A stretch of 64,000 bases of DNA from Dicyema japonicum (lineage: Eukaryota; Animalia; Dicyemida): NCBI GenBank assembly GCA_011109175.1, contig RDEW01000025.1, forward strand, positions 843,574 through 907,573, read 5' to 3'. Numbering within the stretch: the first letter of the stretch is position 1; each line of letters opens with the position of its first letter. Below are positions 11,388 to 24,270 of the stretch, piece after piece. Made by a program: the position numbers and the translations under genes. Below the pieces are notes generated by a model. The model searched no databases. It worked only from the letters and a program-made list of their open reading frames with translations, and was not told the origin of the DNA.

Positions 11388-11718
11388 CAGAAATAATTTA
11401 GTAATGGACCAATTGAAATGAAGCTACAAAGATTTTAAATTATCTATTGATTTAAACATAAACAGTTTTTAACGATTAAAATTGCAAATAATTAAAAATA
11501 AAAAATTTTATAATTCACGAAAAAGTGACTTTAAACTTAATTAATCAATCATTTTTCCATAAAGTAACTTTAACCTAAATTAATTTTAATTCTGATATTT
11601 TAATAAAGATTATTATAAAAAATTATTAATTAAAAAATTAAATTAAAAAAAACTTATTTTTTAAATTAATTAAACTAGATTCTTTTTTGTGGTAAGATAA
11701 TCGCCAATACTCGCACAT

Positions 11719-12423
11719 ATGAATGCTAACGATGGAATAATGAAAACTCTGCAACTCAAAATGGTACTTCTAGGTGAACAAGGGACAGGAAAGTCCTGCC
11801 TAGTAGCCAGGTTCATAAAGGGGCATTTCCTAGCAAACTCAGAAAGCACAATTGGCGGTAAAATTGGCCAAATTATTTTAGCCGCTTTCTTCACACAAAA
11901 AATCTTCATGGACGACACGTCAGTCAAGTTCGAAATCTGGGACACAGCCGGACAGGAGAGGTTCCGGACCTTGGCCCCGATGTACTACCGCGGAGCTCAG
12001 GCCGCCCTTATTGTGTACGATATTACCAACAAAGTGACTGACATGCTTGAATTGTAGAACTCTTTTGAACAGGCCGACGCCTGGCTGGCAGAACTGAGAC
12101 GAAACGGTCCCCCAAACATCTGCATCGCCTTGGCTGGCAATAAAACCGACTTGGCTGAGGAAAGGGTTGTTTCCCAAGAGGTTCAGTGTTCTTGAATATT
12201 TGAAGGATGGAAGCAACCTGGCTAAGCAGAATGGACTGTCGTTTTTTGAGACTTCTGCCAAGACCTCTTCCAACGTGAACACTCTCTTTGTTTCGATCGG
12301 TTTTTCCCGCTTTTTATTGAAGCGCGAAATGTGTTGATGTCGACGAGTACTTCTGACTTTAACCCTCCTGAGGTTTCCCTACAGCCGACTTCTGAGACGA
12401 AAAAGAATTGTTGCAAAAAATAA
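11719..12423 (+). CDS. RAB5: Rab5-family small GTPase
   Basis: [13 protein letters not shown]|[30 protein letters not shown] and a C-terminal NCCKK* prenylation motif. Introns at 11858-11881, 12034-12057, 12181-12205 and 12300-12322. Confidence 0.92.
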
Positions 12424-14187
12424 TTTTATATTTGGTTATATTAATTGATTTAAATTGATTTTAAAGTATATGGATTTTGTTGACATATTTTTCTGGTTCT
12501 TGAGCGCACGTGGATGGCTGCTTAGTAGAGCTAAGTCTAGTGATAGCTAGTGTAGCTGGGAGGGGCGTGTTGGAATATGGGCTTAGTGGAGTATGTGAAG
12601 ATTAACGAGCTAATTCCATCCACCAGGACTCTAAGATCCCTCAACTACAGAGGTTCTCTCCTCCGTCAATATCCCTACTACAAAGGTTCCATCGTCGTCC
12701 GTAACTATTCCCACTACAGAGCTTCTATTGTCCTTCTTACTGTAACCGGTGTGAATTCAGGTAAACTGATTGCAATCATTAATATCTACCCCTCAAAAAC
12801 TCTGAGAACTTGACGTTTTCTATAAAGACTCCCAAAATTGTGATATCTGAGAATCTTCCCCACAAAATTGTCTGGTCTCTGTCAGAATTAGAATGAGATT
12901 ATTTATCTCCATGGAAGAATGGAGGACGATCTGAGGCTTCCAAGAAAACACAGCTCAGGGAACTTTCTGGTTCTTCGGCAGCACTGCGGGATGAGTAGCA
13001 GGAGTCGGTGTTAGAGTTAATAGGAAAAATTATGACTGACCCCTTAGAAATGAATAGCATGGAACTGCGAAGGGATTCTATCTCTAGACGTTCCAACCTT
13101 ATCGAAGATGCGAAATGAGATGAGAGTGATAACACACTCACGGGAAACTTATACCAGAAGAGGTACCAGAGTTATCAAGAAACTCAAATACAGAGGCTCT
13201 TCCTGGCCTGATGATATCAGATTGGAGTTACAAAAACGTGGTCTAGTGGCTTTGTCTAACATCAATCTTACAGATCGGATCCAGAATGAATTTCTGACTC
13301 AGTCATGGTGTCTCCATGCTAAGGTCTTCACTTTCCAAAACAGGCTATTGAAGATCAGAAACCATTTTATCACAGAAACGCTATGCAAGCAGTACATCGA
13401 CTCGTGCATTTCTAGTGTGTCCATCAATTACCTGGACAAATCCCGAGATCAAGGCTATCCGGAAGAGACAGTGGATCACTAGAAAGAAATGAGGGTCACA
13501 AAGTACTCTGGGAGCCCTACGGAGCGGTGCACCCGTCATGAGTTCTCCATGTGAGCTAAGGAGAGGAGTATCGAAGCAAGCTAAGAGCTCTGTAGGGGTA
13601 TTGGGATCACGTAGTTATTGAGACGTTCAGAACGGAATCCACGTGCGGGGCTTTAAATACCCTGGTTTCTATGAAACCGTTTAGTAATAAATTTGTGGTA
13701 AAAAATTAATTTCCTGTCGATTTTTAGTAAACAAAAATGCGACAAATTCTTCATGGCATTAAAGTAATATTCTACATTTAATCACCCCCATGGCGAGAAT
13801 TTCCGCTTGAAGAGGCATCACTTAAGCAGCTATGAAAGTCTACATGCCTTCTTGCTAAGATAAATTCAGATAAAAAGCCACACTTTCGAGATTATCCGCA
13901 CTGAACTAATTAATGATTGAATCAGAGATCCTTTGAAATGGAGGTTTTCACAGCGTTCGGGGATGGCCATCGACCAGGCAATTCCGATTGTCTCTTGGCA
14001 GCTGGAGCTTGATTTGTTAGTAATATCGTTGTTTCAATTTTCGAATAAATATTTAAAACGTAGAAATTGTGGTGGACCAGGAGTTATACTATTGGTCCCT
14101 GAATCCCAGCAATGCCTTTATTGAAGATCTATATTTTTCCTTTTAGATCGTATAAAAACCACAGTTACATCTAATTAAACCAATTAA

Positions 14188-14510
14188 TGACTGTGTCGCG
14201 CAGTGTAATGAGTTCCAGGCAAAAGGTCTGATAGCCCCTAGTTCGATCTCGCTGCTGTACAAATAAAAAAAGTGACTGCCTTAGAGGAGCCATAGCTAAT
14301 AGGCTCTGCGTAAAGTACAGTATTATTAAAGGTTGCTTGGTTCTTGCAGTGACGCTATAGGTCCCGGGTTCGAATCCGACAAGTGGTATTTTTTAGGATT
14401 TCTAAATGTGATATTAAAAAGCCGCATTTTGACTAATGTGGCCAAATTGGACCAATTGATGGTTGCGTGGATCTTACAGTGACGCTATAGGTTCTGGGTT
14501 CGAATTTTAA
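14188..14510 (+). repeat. cluster of tRNA-derived (SINE-like) relics with B-box motifs
   Basis: GTTCGATCTCGCTGCTGTA at 14241 (near-identical inverted copy at 20012-20031). Tandem pair CTTRCAGTGACGCTATAGGTYCYGGGTTCGAAT at about 14343 and 14474. No complete cloverleaf found. Confidence 0.4.
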
Positions 14511-14972
14511 AAGATCTATATTCTTCCTTGCTAAAGAAGTCGAGTTTGAAGCGCTTAGTCCCAGGGTGGCAATTAACTCAATCTGTGGGTAACTCCGTGA
14601 GTGTTTTCAAAATGAGTCACCCATTAACATTTTATTGCATCAGTAAAAACAAATGTTTATTATTAACACAAATATTCCCGTCAGCCACAAATGATTCCCC
14701 AACTAAACCACATTCAAGGGAGGGATAATTGGCATCTACAGAGTCAGGTGGATCCCACAACCCCTCTTATGAATTGAAAAAGGCAAAAAGTTGAAAGGAA
14801 ACCCTTCAACTAACCCATAGCTAACTAGGACAAGGGCGAAAGAACTAACAACCAGGTCAACTGATGAAAAAGTTAAATTTAAATATTTTTATAATTTAAT
14901 TTAATTAATAAAAGTTAATTCTGTCGATATAAAATATTGTAAATTTAATTGTGTTTTCAATAATTATGTTAA

Positions 14973-17313
14973 ATGACTGAATCGAGCAGTATTTTGAATC
15001 GAAGGAAAGGCGCAGTAAAAGAAAAGAATGTGCTTTTAGTGAAGGGTCACCAAATGTGTCGCCACTATTTCACATCCTTCACTAGTTGTTGCCACTGTAC
15101 TCTCTTTATATGGTTTCCTTAGCCAATTAACCTTATTAGGGGGGTGGTATCATATCAGGGATATCGCTGCAAAGGTAATCAGTGGGTACATTTTAGTTTG
15201 TCAACTGGCCTGCCACACTCACTGTTGCGACTATTTGTCTATTCCTTGCATGGGAAGTGACGTTAACATATTTTCGAATGTAAAAGATCAATATTAGCTT
15301 TAGGATGCTAATATGCACGAGTTTAAGACCTTTCACCTTGCGACCCCCAAATACTGCAGTCACTGTGGAAGCATCATCGGTCTCGGCCGCAAGGGACTGA
15401 AGTGCAACAGTAAGATTTTCAGCTTCGCTTAATCCAGCAGCATAATTGGCTAATGAGACGCTAATTTTAGAGTGCCCAATTATCATTCACCAGAAATGCA
15501 AGAGTTTGGTTATGAATACATGCGGGATATCCTTAACGGAAACACGGGGGAGGATTTGCCTCTCCCTGAAAGTTACGGGGGATCCGACAAATAATAAGGC
15601 TCTGGTCACGGCAACAAGTATAATTTCTACATATCCAAGTGCATGAGTGTCGGAACCTCCCACCCATGGATCCCAACGGAAATGCTGATCCCTATGTAGT
15701 GATGAGCTTTGAAAATAGAAAAGTCAAGACAAAGGTTATTTCCAAAACGAAAAATCCGACATGGGAACACGAGATGACCCTGTATTTGTAAAATTCAATA
15801 TTTTAGAGAAATATCACTAAAAAATCTTGGTGCTAGATTAAGGATCGATGTCTGGGATAAGGACATTTGTTCTCCTGATGATCATATCGGCTCTATGTCG
15901 TTTTCTGTCCAGGATTTGCTTGAATTCCTAAAAGAACCTGGCAAATATCCTTTCATCAAGAAGGGATGGTTCAAACTGCTGAGGGAAGCGGAAGGAAAAC
16001 TGATGTACTCGCCAATCATAGAAGATCCGCATATATTTAAAGAAAGTGCATTCACGGAGGCAACCAAGGACTCTACGACCCCCGTGGCGTCTGGAAGCAA
16101 ATTTACGATGAGTCAATTTAGAGAAATAAAAGTAATTGGCCGAGGTAGCTTTGGAAAGGTTGACACGTGTTTATATTGTTTCAGGTGGTCCTAGTTACTC
16201 TGGTTAGTAATAAGGAGGTGTTTGCGATGAAGATGCTCCGAAAGGATGCGCTTGTCATGGACGATGATACAGAGTGTGCTGTCCTCGAACGAGAAGTGAT
16301 GTCCTTGGCGAATCCACCGTACTTTTTGGTGAAGCTTTTCTGCAGCTTCCAAACTTTTGTAAGTAAAAGTCATCATTTTGCAGGAACGGCTGTGTTTTGT
16401 GATGGAATACGTCCCTGGGGGAGACTTGATGCACAGATTACAGGCTATCTACCGCTTTAAGGAGGATCATGCTCGGTTGGGCGCTCAGTCTCATATTTAG
16501 CTTTTATCTGGCCGAGCTTTCCGAGGCGGTATGTTTCCTGCATTCCAATAAAGTGGTTCACAGGTCACGATCCTTATTTACCGTTTAGGGACATCAAGCC
16601 AGAGAATGTCATGATGGACCGACTCGGCCACGTCAAATTGGCGGACTTTGGGATGGCCAAGAAAGGTGTGGACGGAGATCACATGGCGAATACATTTTGC
16701 GGTACCCCGGAATATATAGCCCCCGAAGTCCCTTAGAAGCTGATTTGTAGATTATCGCACGTTCCGAATACGGGAAGTCTGTGGACTGGTGGTCTTACGG
16801 AATTTTGGGGTACCACATGATCAAAGGAAGTGTAAGGGTTCTATTTTGATGAAAGCCCCCGTTCATGACGGATGACGACTCAGCCTTGTTTGCGATGATC
16901 CTACAAGCGGAGATCAAGTACCCGAATTGGTTTTCTCCCGGAATATTGACTTTCCTGAAGAAGGTAGTATCGCTCGGATTTTAGTACCTTCTTAGCTTTT
17001 GAAAAAAAATCCCGCGGAGAGACTCGGTTCTGGGGAAGATGGAAGCAAGATGCTCCAAGGGGACGAGTTCTTTGCGCAGATAGACTTTGAAAAATTAAGA
17101 AATATGGGAATCGAGCCGCCATATCGGCCAAAAATCGTTTTATTTCCAAATTAGGCTTAGAAAAGTGTGTTTGACTGTTCCAATTTTGATCCTGACTTTA
17201 CAAGTGAGACGCTTAAGCCAAGTAAAACCGACAAAATGGTTGTGATGAATTATAAAGGATCTGACTTTCAAAATTTCTCCTATATCAATCATGAATATCC
17301 TGTCGATATTTAA
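14973..17313 (+). CDS. PRKC: conventional protein kinase C (C1A-C1B-C2-kinase)
   Basis: Pseudosubstrate [11 protein letters not shown]; two C1 zinc fingers; C2 with [15 protein letters not shown] and [14 protein letters not shown]; [31 protein letters not shown]; hydrophobic motif FQNFSY. About 14 introns, mostly 22-27 nt. Confidence 0.95.
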
Positions 17314-20188
17314 TTTATTTTTGATTAATTTTACTAATTATTATTTAATAACAATTTAGATATTTTATTTATTTATTTAATTTAAAATATCTGAACCATT
17401 ATGAAATTGGTAGACCACCCTTCTGTGGGTCGTAGAAGGGTAGGGAATGTTGAACGGTTCTTTCTCATGCAGAACATGCATGGAGAGCCACCACAGCGGT
17501 GAATCGCATGACGCCTATCTAATTCAAAATCAGCATGAAAAAAGGTAAAACCAACTAATTTGGTGATCCCACCACCAATAGCTCCCGAACCCTCCTTGAG
17601 TGTTCTTTAAGCGTCTAAACCGCTTTTCGGAAGTGCCTTCTGTTGTGTCTGCAGAGGTGTCCTTCTTTGTGGTCAATGTGAATTCCTCTGCTGAGCACCC
17701 CTCTCTCTGAACGATATTCAGTGAGATAATTTTAAGCTGACCTAATTAAAGCCACATTTTATTGAAACTAAAGCATTTATTAGGTTCAACTGTCGATTTG
17801 TGCTGTGGCCTCTTGTGACGCAGCGGAGATCACTTGGAGGATTACTGGTTTTCGATGACGTCATGACTTCTTTGTGTAGCCACATGCCATAGTTTCTTTA
17901 TAAAATGCTTGCACTTCTTCGTACTCTCAATAATAATAAGAATTCGATACACGTGGAATCCCATAGAATTATTATTTGCAACGTACTTTTATTAACTACC
18001 ATCACATAGGTGGAGCATCTGACAGAAGATCCCCAATTCTTTCAAACCGGTCTGGAAGATTCGAACCCGGAAACTTCATTTGTTTAGAATTTCCAATTCC
18101 ATCACCCCACGAGGAGATTGAAGACAAAGCTCCCCAAAAAAGATCCTTCGATTTCTTGCAGACAGAACGTCTCGGCCAGGTTCCCCAGGCTGACTGGCAT
18201 CAAACCTGAAACAGCCTACACGATATAAATTTTTGAGCGAAAAAGACATTTAAGTCCGAACCCAAGTGGGCTGTTTAAATTGGTTGACAATTAGCCAACG
18301 AGGTTAGAACGGAAGTTATTTCTGACCGCAAAGCCCATAGCAGTAACTCACGCACGTGGCATCTAAATTGAACTTTCTCCCCCTATGCTCTGTGCCTTTC
18401 TTCCTTTGTTCGTTTGACTTGGCTTCATGTTATTCACCTTCCTCAAGGGGCGCCAATGCCAGGCAGCATCACAAGAATCACTTGCTCCCCCTTGGATCAT
18501 TCCGTGGAGAGGTTCAGGCATTCTTAGTGAAAATATGATTTTTTAACCCCAAATGAACTTTGTGTGACGTCATCATTAATTTCAACTTTATTTGGAAATA
18601 ATCGATGTCTCATTTTGATTGACATGCGCAATAATTTGTTGCCTAGGAATTCTTCCACGTGGCCTTAGGTTCTCTGACCCAACATATCTGACCTTAGTCT
18701 TGTATCTAATTGTATCTACAGTACACTCAAGGAACAGCATAGAGTTCAATGACTCCCAGATTCAGTCTTTCATAATAAAAGCACGGACTCTAAAGAGTAC
18801 TTTATGAAATGGAAGAGCACTAAAGAATTAGCAATATAATGATAATCCTCTTGCTCCCCTTCAAGACCGAGTTGTCTATATTCCTCCAAATGTGGGGCAC
18901 GTGAGATTAAAAAACGAATTCCCGCCTACCGGATCTTCCCCCAAGTCCATCATTTAGTCCACGTTTATGAAAGGAGAATCTGCTATAAAAAAATAAAGAC
19001 ATTAGGCGTGCTAAAGCCACAACAAAACCACGTGACTTCCAATTGATTAATCACTAGGCTAACAAGGCAGGTGTAAATCTTAGAATGTCTAAGCACAGAT
19101 AATTCTTTTGGGCTCTGAAGCTTTTCACTGAAAATTCAACGTTTTAGTGGATTTTTCCATGTGATCTACGAACCTCCGAGATATATTTTCTGAGGATCCA
19201 ATTCTGAAGGCTAAATTTTTCGTACCCCACTATATATAAGAGCTAACTTTCGACTTAACTGATACACCGGTTTACCGATCAAAATGAGATAATTAGTCTC
19301 AACATCATCCATATCCGAAATCCCCAGTATTCTGCGTTTCGCTAAAAAATTAATGGATTTGAGATTGGACTCCCAAATAGGATCTGATCAATGCTTGATT
19401 CGCTTTCTATCTGATCCTCCCACCTTATAAGGGACCGAGACGACGGTTATCCATAAGTTATACATCTTCAATATTTTTATACTTAGAAAAATACTAATCT
19501 GCTTCCTTCTCATATGGCTGTGGAGGATTACATATATATTTGACTTCCAACCCGAGGGGATGCTCTGGAGACTTGAGAATTTTAAGGAAATATCTTTGGC
19601 GTTGTCAGTTCCAAATGTTATTATTATGCGGAAAGCGAAAATTAAAAAGTTATCATCTCATCGCTTGCGACGCACAATGGACTGTTCTTTTTCTTGAAAG
19701 TGATCCTAGAATTTGATTAAGCCTCTCAGCTTAGTTGATGATCCTCCTTTGATCTTACATAAGCTCGTTTAGACCAGGAGATCTCCTGATCAAGTTTGGT
19801 CAGGTCCCTTCCGTTATTCTTTCAGAATAGGATTGCTCCAAGTTCCATTGCTCCGTAGACCACATCCCTGTTGCCCCAGAATGACATATGTGTAACGATT
19901 ACTCTCATAATTAAAAAAAACAGCATTTTTTTGCGAGAAAAGTATTCACTGATGACGGCATCACTGGTCAATCATAGGCATCTTAGATGCGTGGAACCTT
20001 CAGCCGAAATATACAGCAGCGAGATTCGAACCTGTGACAATGAGATTTTGTTGGCACTAATGGCACAACTCCCAGTACTCCAAGGATTCTTTGATATTTT
20101 TTTAATATAGAAAATAATATAATAAACAAATATTTAAATTATATTAAAAATAAAATAATAATTCAAATTTGACTGAGTTTAGTGGTGA

Positions 20189-22396
20189 ATGACTGAGATT
20201 ATCAGAATGGAAGGTATACGCTAATAATATTCAGATGATGATCAAATTCAGTCTAAAATAGACCAGCTTTTGTCACTGGCAAGCGATATTGAGACAGAAA
20301 TTGTATTAAACCCAGAAAATGAGGCAAAGCTTAATTCAATTAAGGAGAATTATGAAAATTTAATCAACAATTATAATGAAATTGATAATTCTTTTAAAGT
20401 ATTATTCCATCAACTAGAAAAAGTAATTTTATTTTATTAATTTTTGTTTGAATTTGAATTGCCGAAAAAATGAAATGCATTTTTCAAACGTTAGGCGCCA
20501 AAAAAAGTTCAAATTTAAAGTTGACGTGTGTAAATGAAATCGAAAAATGTTCGGACTATATAAACGAGATTTCTTTGCTAATAAAGTCCGAGAGCTTTTT
20601 ATTGGCTTTCAAGAAATTAAAAGAAGCTAACGAATACGCGAAGAACACGACAGTCTGTGCAAATGAGAATATTCTTATTGGGCAGGTTTGCTTCATTTTT
20701 ATCCCAAAGACGATTATTTCAGAGCTAGACGAACTTGAAAATAAACTGAATGACATTATATTAACATTTTCTCAAGAAAACTAATATTTTGGTCAAACAT
20801 GGTATTTCCCGCTGAAATTGACAGAACAACTCAGTCACGTGCTTAGTTTGTGGAGAATTCAGACAGCTTTTTACCGATTTGGCTGATTTCTTAGACTCGG
20901 AAAGGAAAGACTGGCTGATTTTGGACCTTTTCAAGCAAATCAACAAATATTTCATAATTCCGCTAATTTCAGCTCATGACAAGCGTTTTCCTACTCTCTA
21001 GTACCCCTTGATTTATTTTCAGCAAATTGATGGAGCCCACGTGACTCTACACCAAAAAATCACCCGAGTTTTCAACCAGGATATTCTGAACATCAAGATC
21101 GACGCAGTTTCTCAGCTTTTAACAATTCTTTCTGAGTTTTGTGAACATTTTCTGAAAAAAGTCTTCGAATCGCTTCATTTTAGGAGAACCATGTGCCACT
21201 GGACGACTGTTTCTCATTCATATTTCAAAGCATACAGGATCTCTTCGCCTTGCATCTTAAATTCAAGTCAGAGGCTGATCTAACATTTTTCCCGCTTTAT
21301 TCTCTTTATTGAAGAATTTGAGTCGACTTTGCTGGTTTTGGGTCTTTTTATGGCAGAAGTTGAAATTTGTGCAAAAATGTCCCACAACAACACCAAAATG
21401 GACGGAATTTGCCACCATTTCTACTGAATCTGTGTTGGGATATCTTGTTGAGTAGTTTTCAGTCGTATTTAGTTCCTTTTTGGCTGATGATGATGTTGAA
21501 GATTTCCAGGGGGTCTTGGTTACCAAAGGGATTGGTAAACTGTTTGAGTTTATAAAAACTAATATTTGTCGGAATAAACTCTGGGCGGGCTTTCTCGGCC
21601 GTTTAGAGTGTCTTGTGGTCATTAAAAGTCAACTTTGCAAACATTATCAAAAATTGCATTCTGCTTATTCTGCCGGTTAGTTTTCACGGAATTACCGCAG
21701 GGATTGCCCATAATGACCTCACAACTCTTGCTGGGTTACTGGAAGGAATGGAAAAAGAGGATTTTGTGGAATTCGCCTGTTCTCTGAGGAAATTTGCCTC
21801 GGAATTCATTTCTGCTGAGATTACTCGTCAGAATGAGAGCCTACAGATCTCGTACAATGGTTAGTGGTTTCCGTTATTTTCACGATTTCAAACACGGAAT
21901 CACCAGCAGGAGACTTCAGAAGGAGACGGGACGAGTCTGCTTGAAATTGGTGCAGTATTCTCACTACTGGAGTAAGGTAGTCAATAGGGAGACCCGTTGG
22001 AGGATTATGGGCGTATTAACCTCATCCCTGTTGTCCCTGATTGTGAGGTTCATACTCTCGTTGGACGATATCATTGAGGATGACTCCGTGGCCTTTGGGA
22101 CCGTTTACTCGCAGGTGGACAAAATGGTCCTCCCGATATTCGATTGCACGGAGGAGGATGATGGGAACTGTGTGAGGTATGTCTCCGACTGGAGGAGGTT
22201 CAGATTACTGCATTGGATCCTCAATGAGCGGTTGGTTAGGATTGTGACAAGCCTGGTGTGAGGATGAGACCTTGAGGGACTCTTTTACGTCTGCTGAAGT
22301 CAAGAAGTTAATAACCGCCATCTTTCGTAATAGTCATAACAGGTCCACGTGCTATCTCTTATTCAATAAACTTTTCATTTTCTTAGTCTTGTATGA
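20189..22396 (+). CDS. ZW10: centromere/kinetochore protein ZW10 homolog (3' end approximate; +1 frameshift near 22250)
   Basis: IAHNDL..., YWSKVV..IMGVL..ILSLDDIIEDD, RYVSDWRRFRLL..ILNERLVRI, SFTSAEVKKLITAIFRNSHNR align by eye to the ZW10 C-terminus (LEDI; YVPKWMPFKEL; FSSSEVKALIRALFQN). Confidence 0.8.
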
Positions 22397-22449
22397 AGTC
22401 TACTTCCTGAGATCAGTTGGGAGGTGAACAGATCTTCAAGGAGACGGTA

Positions 22450-22900
22450 TTTCCTCCTTTTCTAATCTTCAACAGTACTCACTGCGGAATTCGCGCACAA
22501 CGGAGATTTGAGTAGACTGTAATTTGAGAAAGTATCCGTGCTCATTGAGTCTCAACACCTATCTCCATGCATGGTCGTTACTTATCCGGTCTCTTGTCAT
22601 CACCTCTGTCAAGTCCGATGGATTCCAAAAAGTAACCCGGCGTCTTCGATAGCTATCATGATAGTCGATTTTCTAATTATCCATTTCTCACTGTCACAGA
22701 AACAGTCCTTCCAACATCACACAAGTCCATCCAGAACCAGTATTAAAGGTAGAAGGCCTCCATTCTTTGCAATGTGAGAACCTTTCCAGTGGAATGGGGA
22801 AAGCGAATGATCCTTTAACGTGCCACTCTGGTACTGGGCGCCACCTGAGATAGCTGGATCATATGACACCAGTCTATTACAAAGGAAAGTGGAGGAACAG
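22450..22900 (-). mobile_element. possible Ty3/Gypsy RT relic
   Basis: VLRLNEHGYFLK resembles the Gypsy RT C-terminal motif (vl.rL.e.g..l). The rest is heavily decayed. Confidence 0.3.
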
Positions 22901-23331
22901 AAATTTTCAATCAAGTAGCCACGTTCACATAGGTCGAATCTTTCATGGGCTAATTGATCGGAGATTATTTCCTCTGTTCTTTTCGTCCTCCATTAAATTA
23001 GCGTTGTGTTATATGATCCACCTGTCTCAAGAGATAACTAGTACCAGAAAGCCATCAAAAAGGATCATTTGACCTTCCTCATCCTAGTTGTTTCAACTTT
23101 GTTGATAAAACGGAAATTTGAATTGTTTCTTAATATTTGTATATTTCAAGATTATTGTCAATTTCGGTACTACACATGATAAATCTGACTGATCTGCTTT
23201 TTTGTTTTTACTTTTCCGTTAGCCGCCGATATCCTTCACTTGACTTTGTGTTATTATTATTATTTAAGCACTTCACAAGAGCCATACTAATTATAGCCCC
23301 GCATGTGCAGCAAAAGAAACAAGGTTAGATG

Positions 23332-24270
23332 TCATCCTTTTCCATGCTCCCCTGTTCCTAGCAAGGCTCTCATGCTGTCCAGGTCGTCGACATTTGTTAG
23401 GTTTTTTTTTATACTGACCAGGTCTTTTTGTAAGACTATTGGCAGTGTTGTTCTTGGTCTTCCCCGATAGCGGCCTTCTTGACTAACATAGTATGTTTCC
23501 ATAGATATGTTCGGTGGGAAGTTAATTCCATCCTCAGCACGTGTCCGAAGAGCCTCCATCGGGATTCCAGTACTTCTAAGCTGATAGGTCTAGTGCTGCA
23601 TCTCTTATATAAAGCATTCCTAGATATTCTCGTAGGCCAAGTAGTTCCTGTTATTTTTCTCAGCTGACCTCTGTGGAACGAGTCTAGTTTTTTCATATCC
23701 GCTGATGAGGTCGCCCAAGTTCCAGCGTTATATAAAAGTACGGGTTTTATGAATGAGTCGTATAGTAGGATTCTCATTTTCGTGTCGATGCCTTTTTGAT
23801 TGAGCCATAAATTCTTCAGTTTATATAACGCAGCATTGGCTAGAGTTTTCCTACGTAAAATATCTTCGCTATCTCCCATAAGTGAACCGAGTTTCTTTAC
23901 TTGTCGCCACTTCTCTTCTAGGACGTTACTCATCCTTCTTATCTCTGTGAGTTCTGTTTTCTCTCTGTTCACAGTAAGAAACCATTTCCCTAGTACATCT
24001 GGTGCTTTTTCTAAATAGGTTTTCCAGGACCTCTTTGTCTTCAGAAATTAGGTCTACATCGTCCGCGTAGATTACTTCTTCCGTCTTTCCTTGGTATGAC
24101 GGTCTAAGTTCCCTCATAGCGGCTTCCAAATAAATTGTGAATAGTAGAGGAGAAAGAGAGTCTCCTTGTGGAGTGCCCGTATTTGTTTCAAATTTTCTTG
24201 AATAGGTTTTTCCGACTCTCACAAGGAGCTCAGTGTTAGAAAAGTAGAATTCGGATCATCCTGTTCATTT
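23332..24270 (-). mobile_element. 5'-truncated RTE-clade LINE
   Basis: TGTPQGDSLSPLLFTIYLEAAMREL..YADDVDL, NREKTE, LYDSFIKPVLLYNAGTWA, SRWRLFGHVLRM and RGRPRTTLP across three frames. Confidence 0.9.

Noticed and set aside
12480-13700. ORFs 12577-12813 and 13108-13482 as genes
   Set aside because: No recognisable domain or consistent splice path. They look like heavily decayed retroelement sequence.
14330-14390. Canonical tRNA gene
   Set aside because: A T-loop/B-box is present, but I could not build acceptor, D and anticodon stems.
17190-17250. Loss of the PKC turn-motif phosphosite
   Set aside because: An ungapped alignment to the hydrophobic motif places a Ser at the Thr position, so the site is retained.
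11719-17313. Alternative genetic code or stop-codon readthrough to explain the fragmented ORFs
   Set aside because: In Rab5 and PKC all in-frame stops fall inside 22-61-nt GT-AG introns. The standard code gives complete proteins.
22244-22262. 19-nt intron GTGACAAGCCTGGTGTGAG in ZW10
   Set aside because: It is shorter and more GC-rich than the other introns, and splicing it would remove the conserved Trp. A 1-nt insertion explains the frame better.
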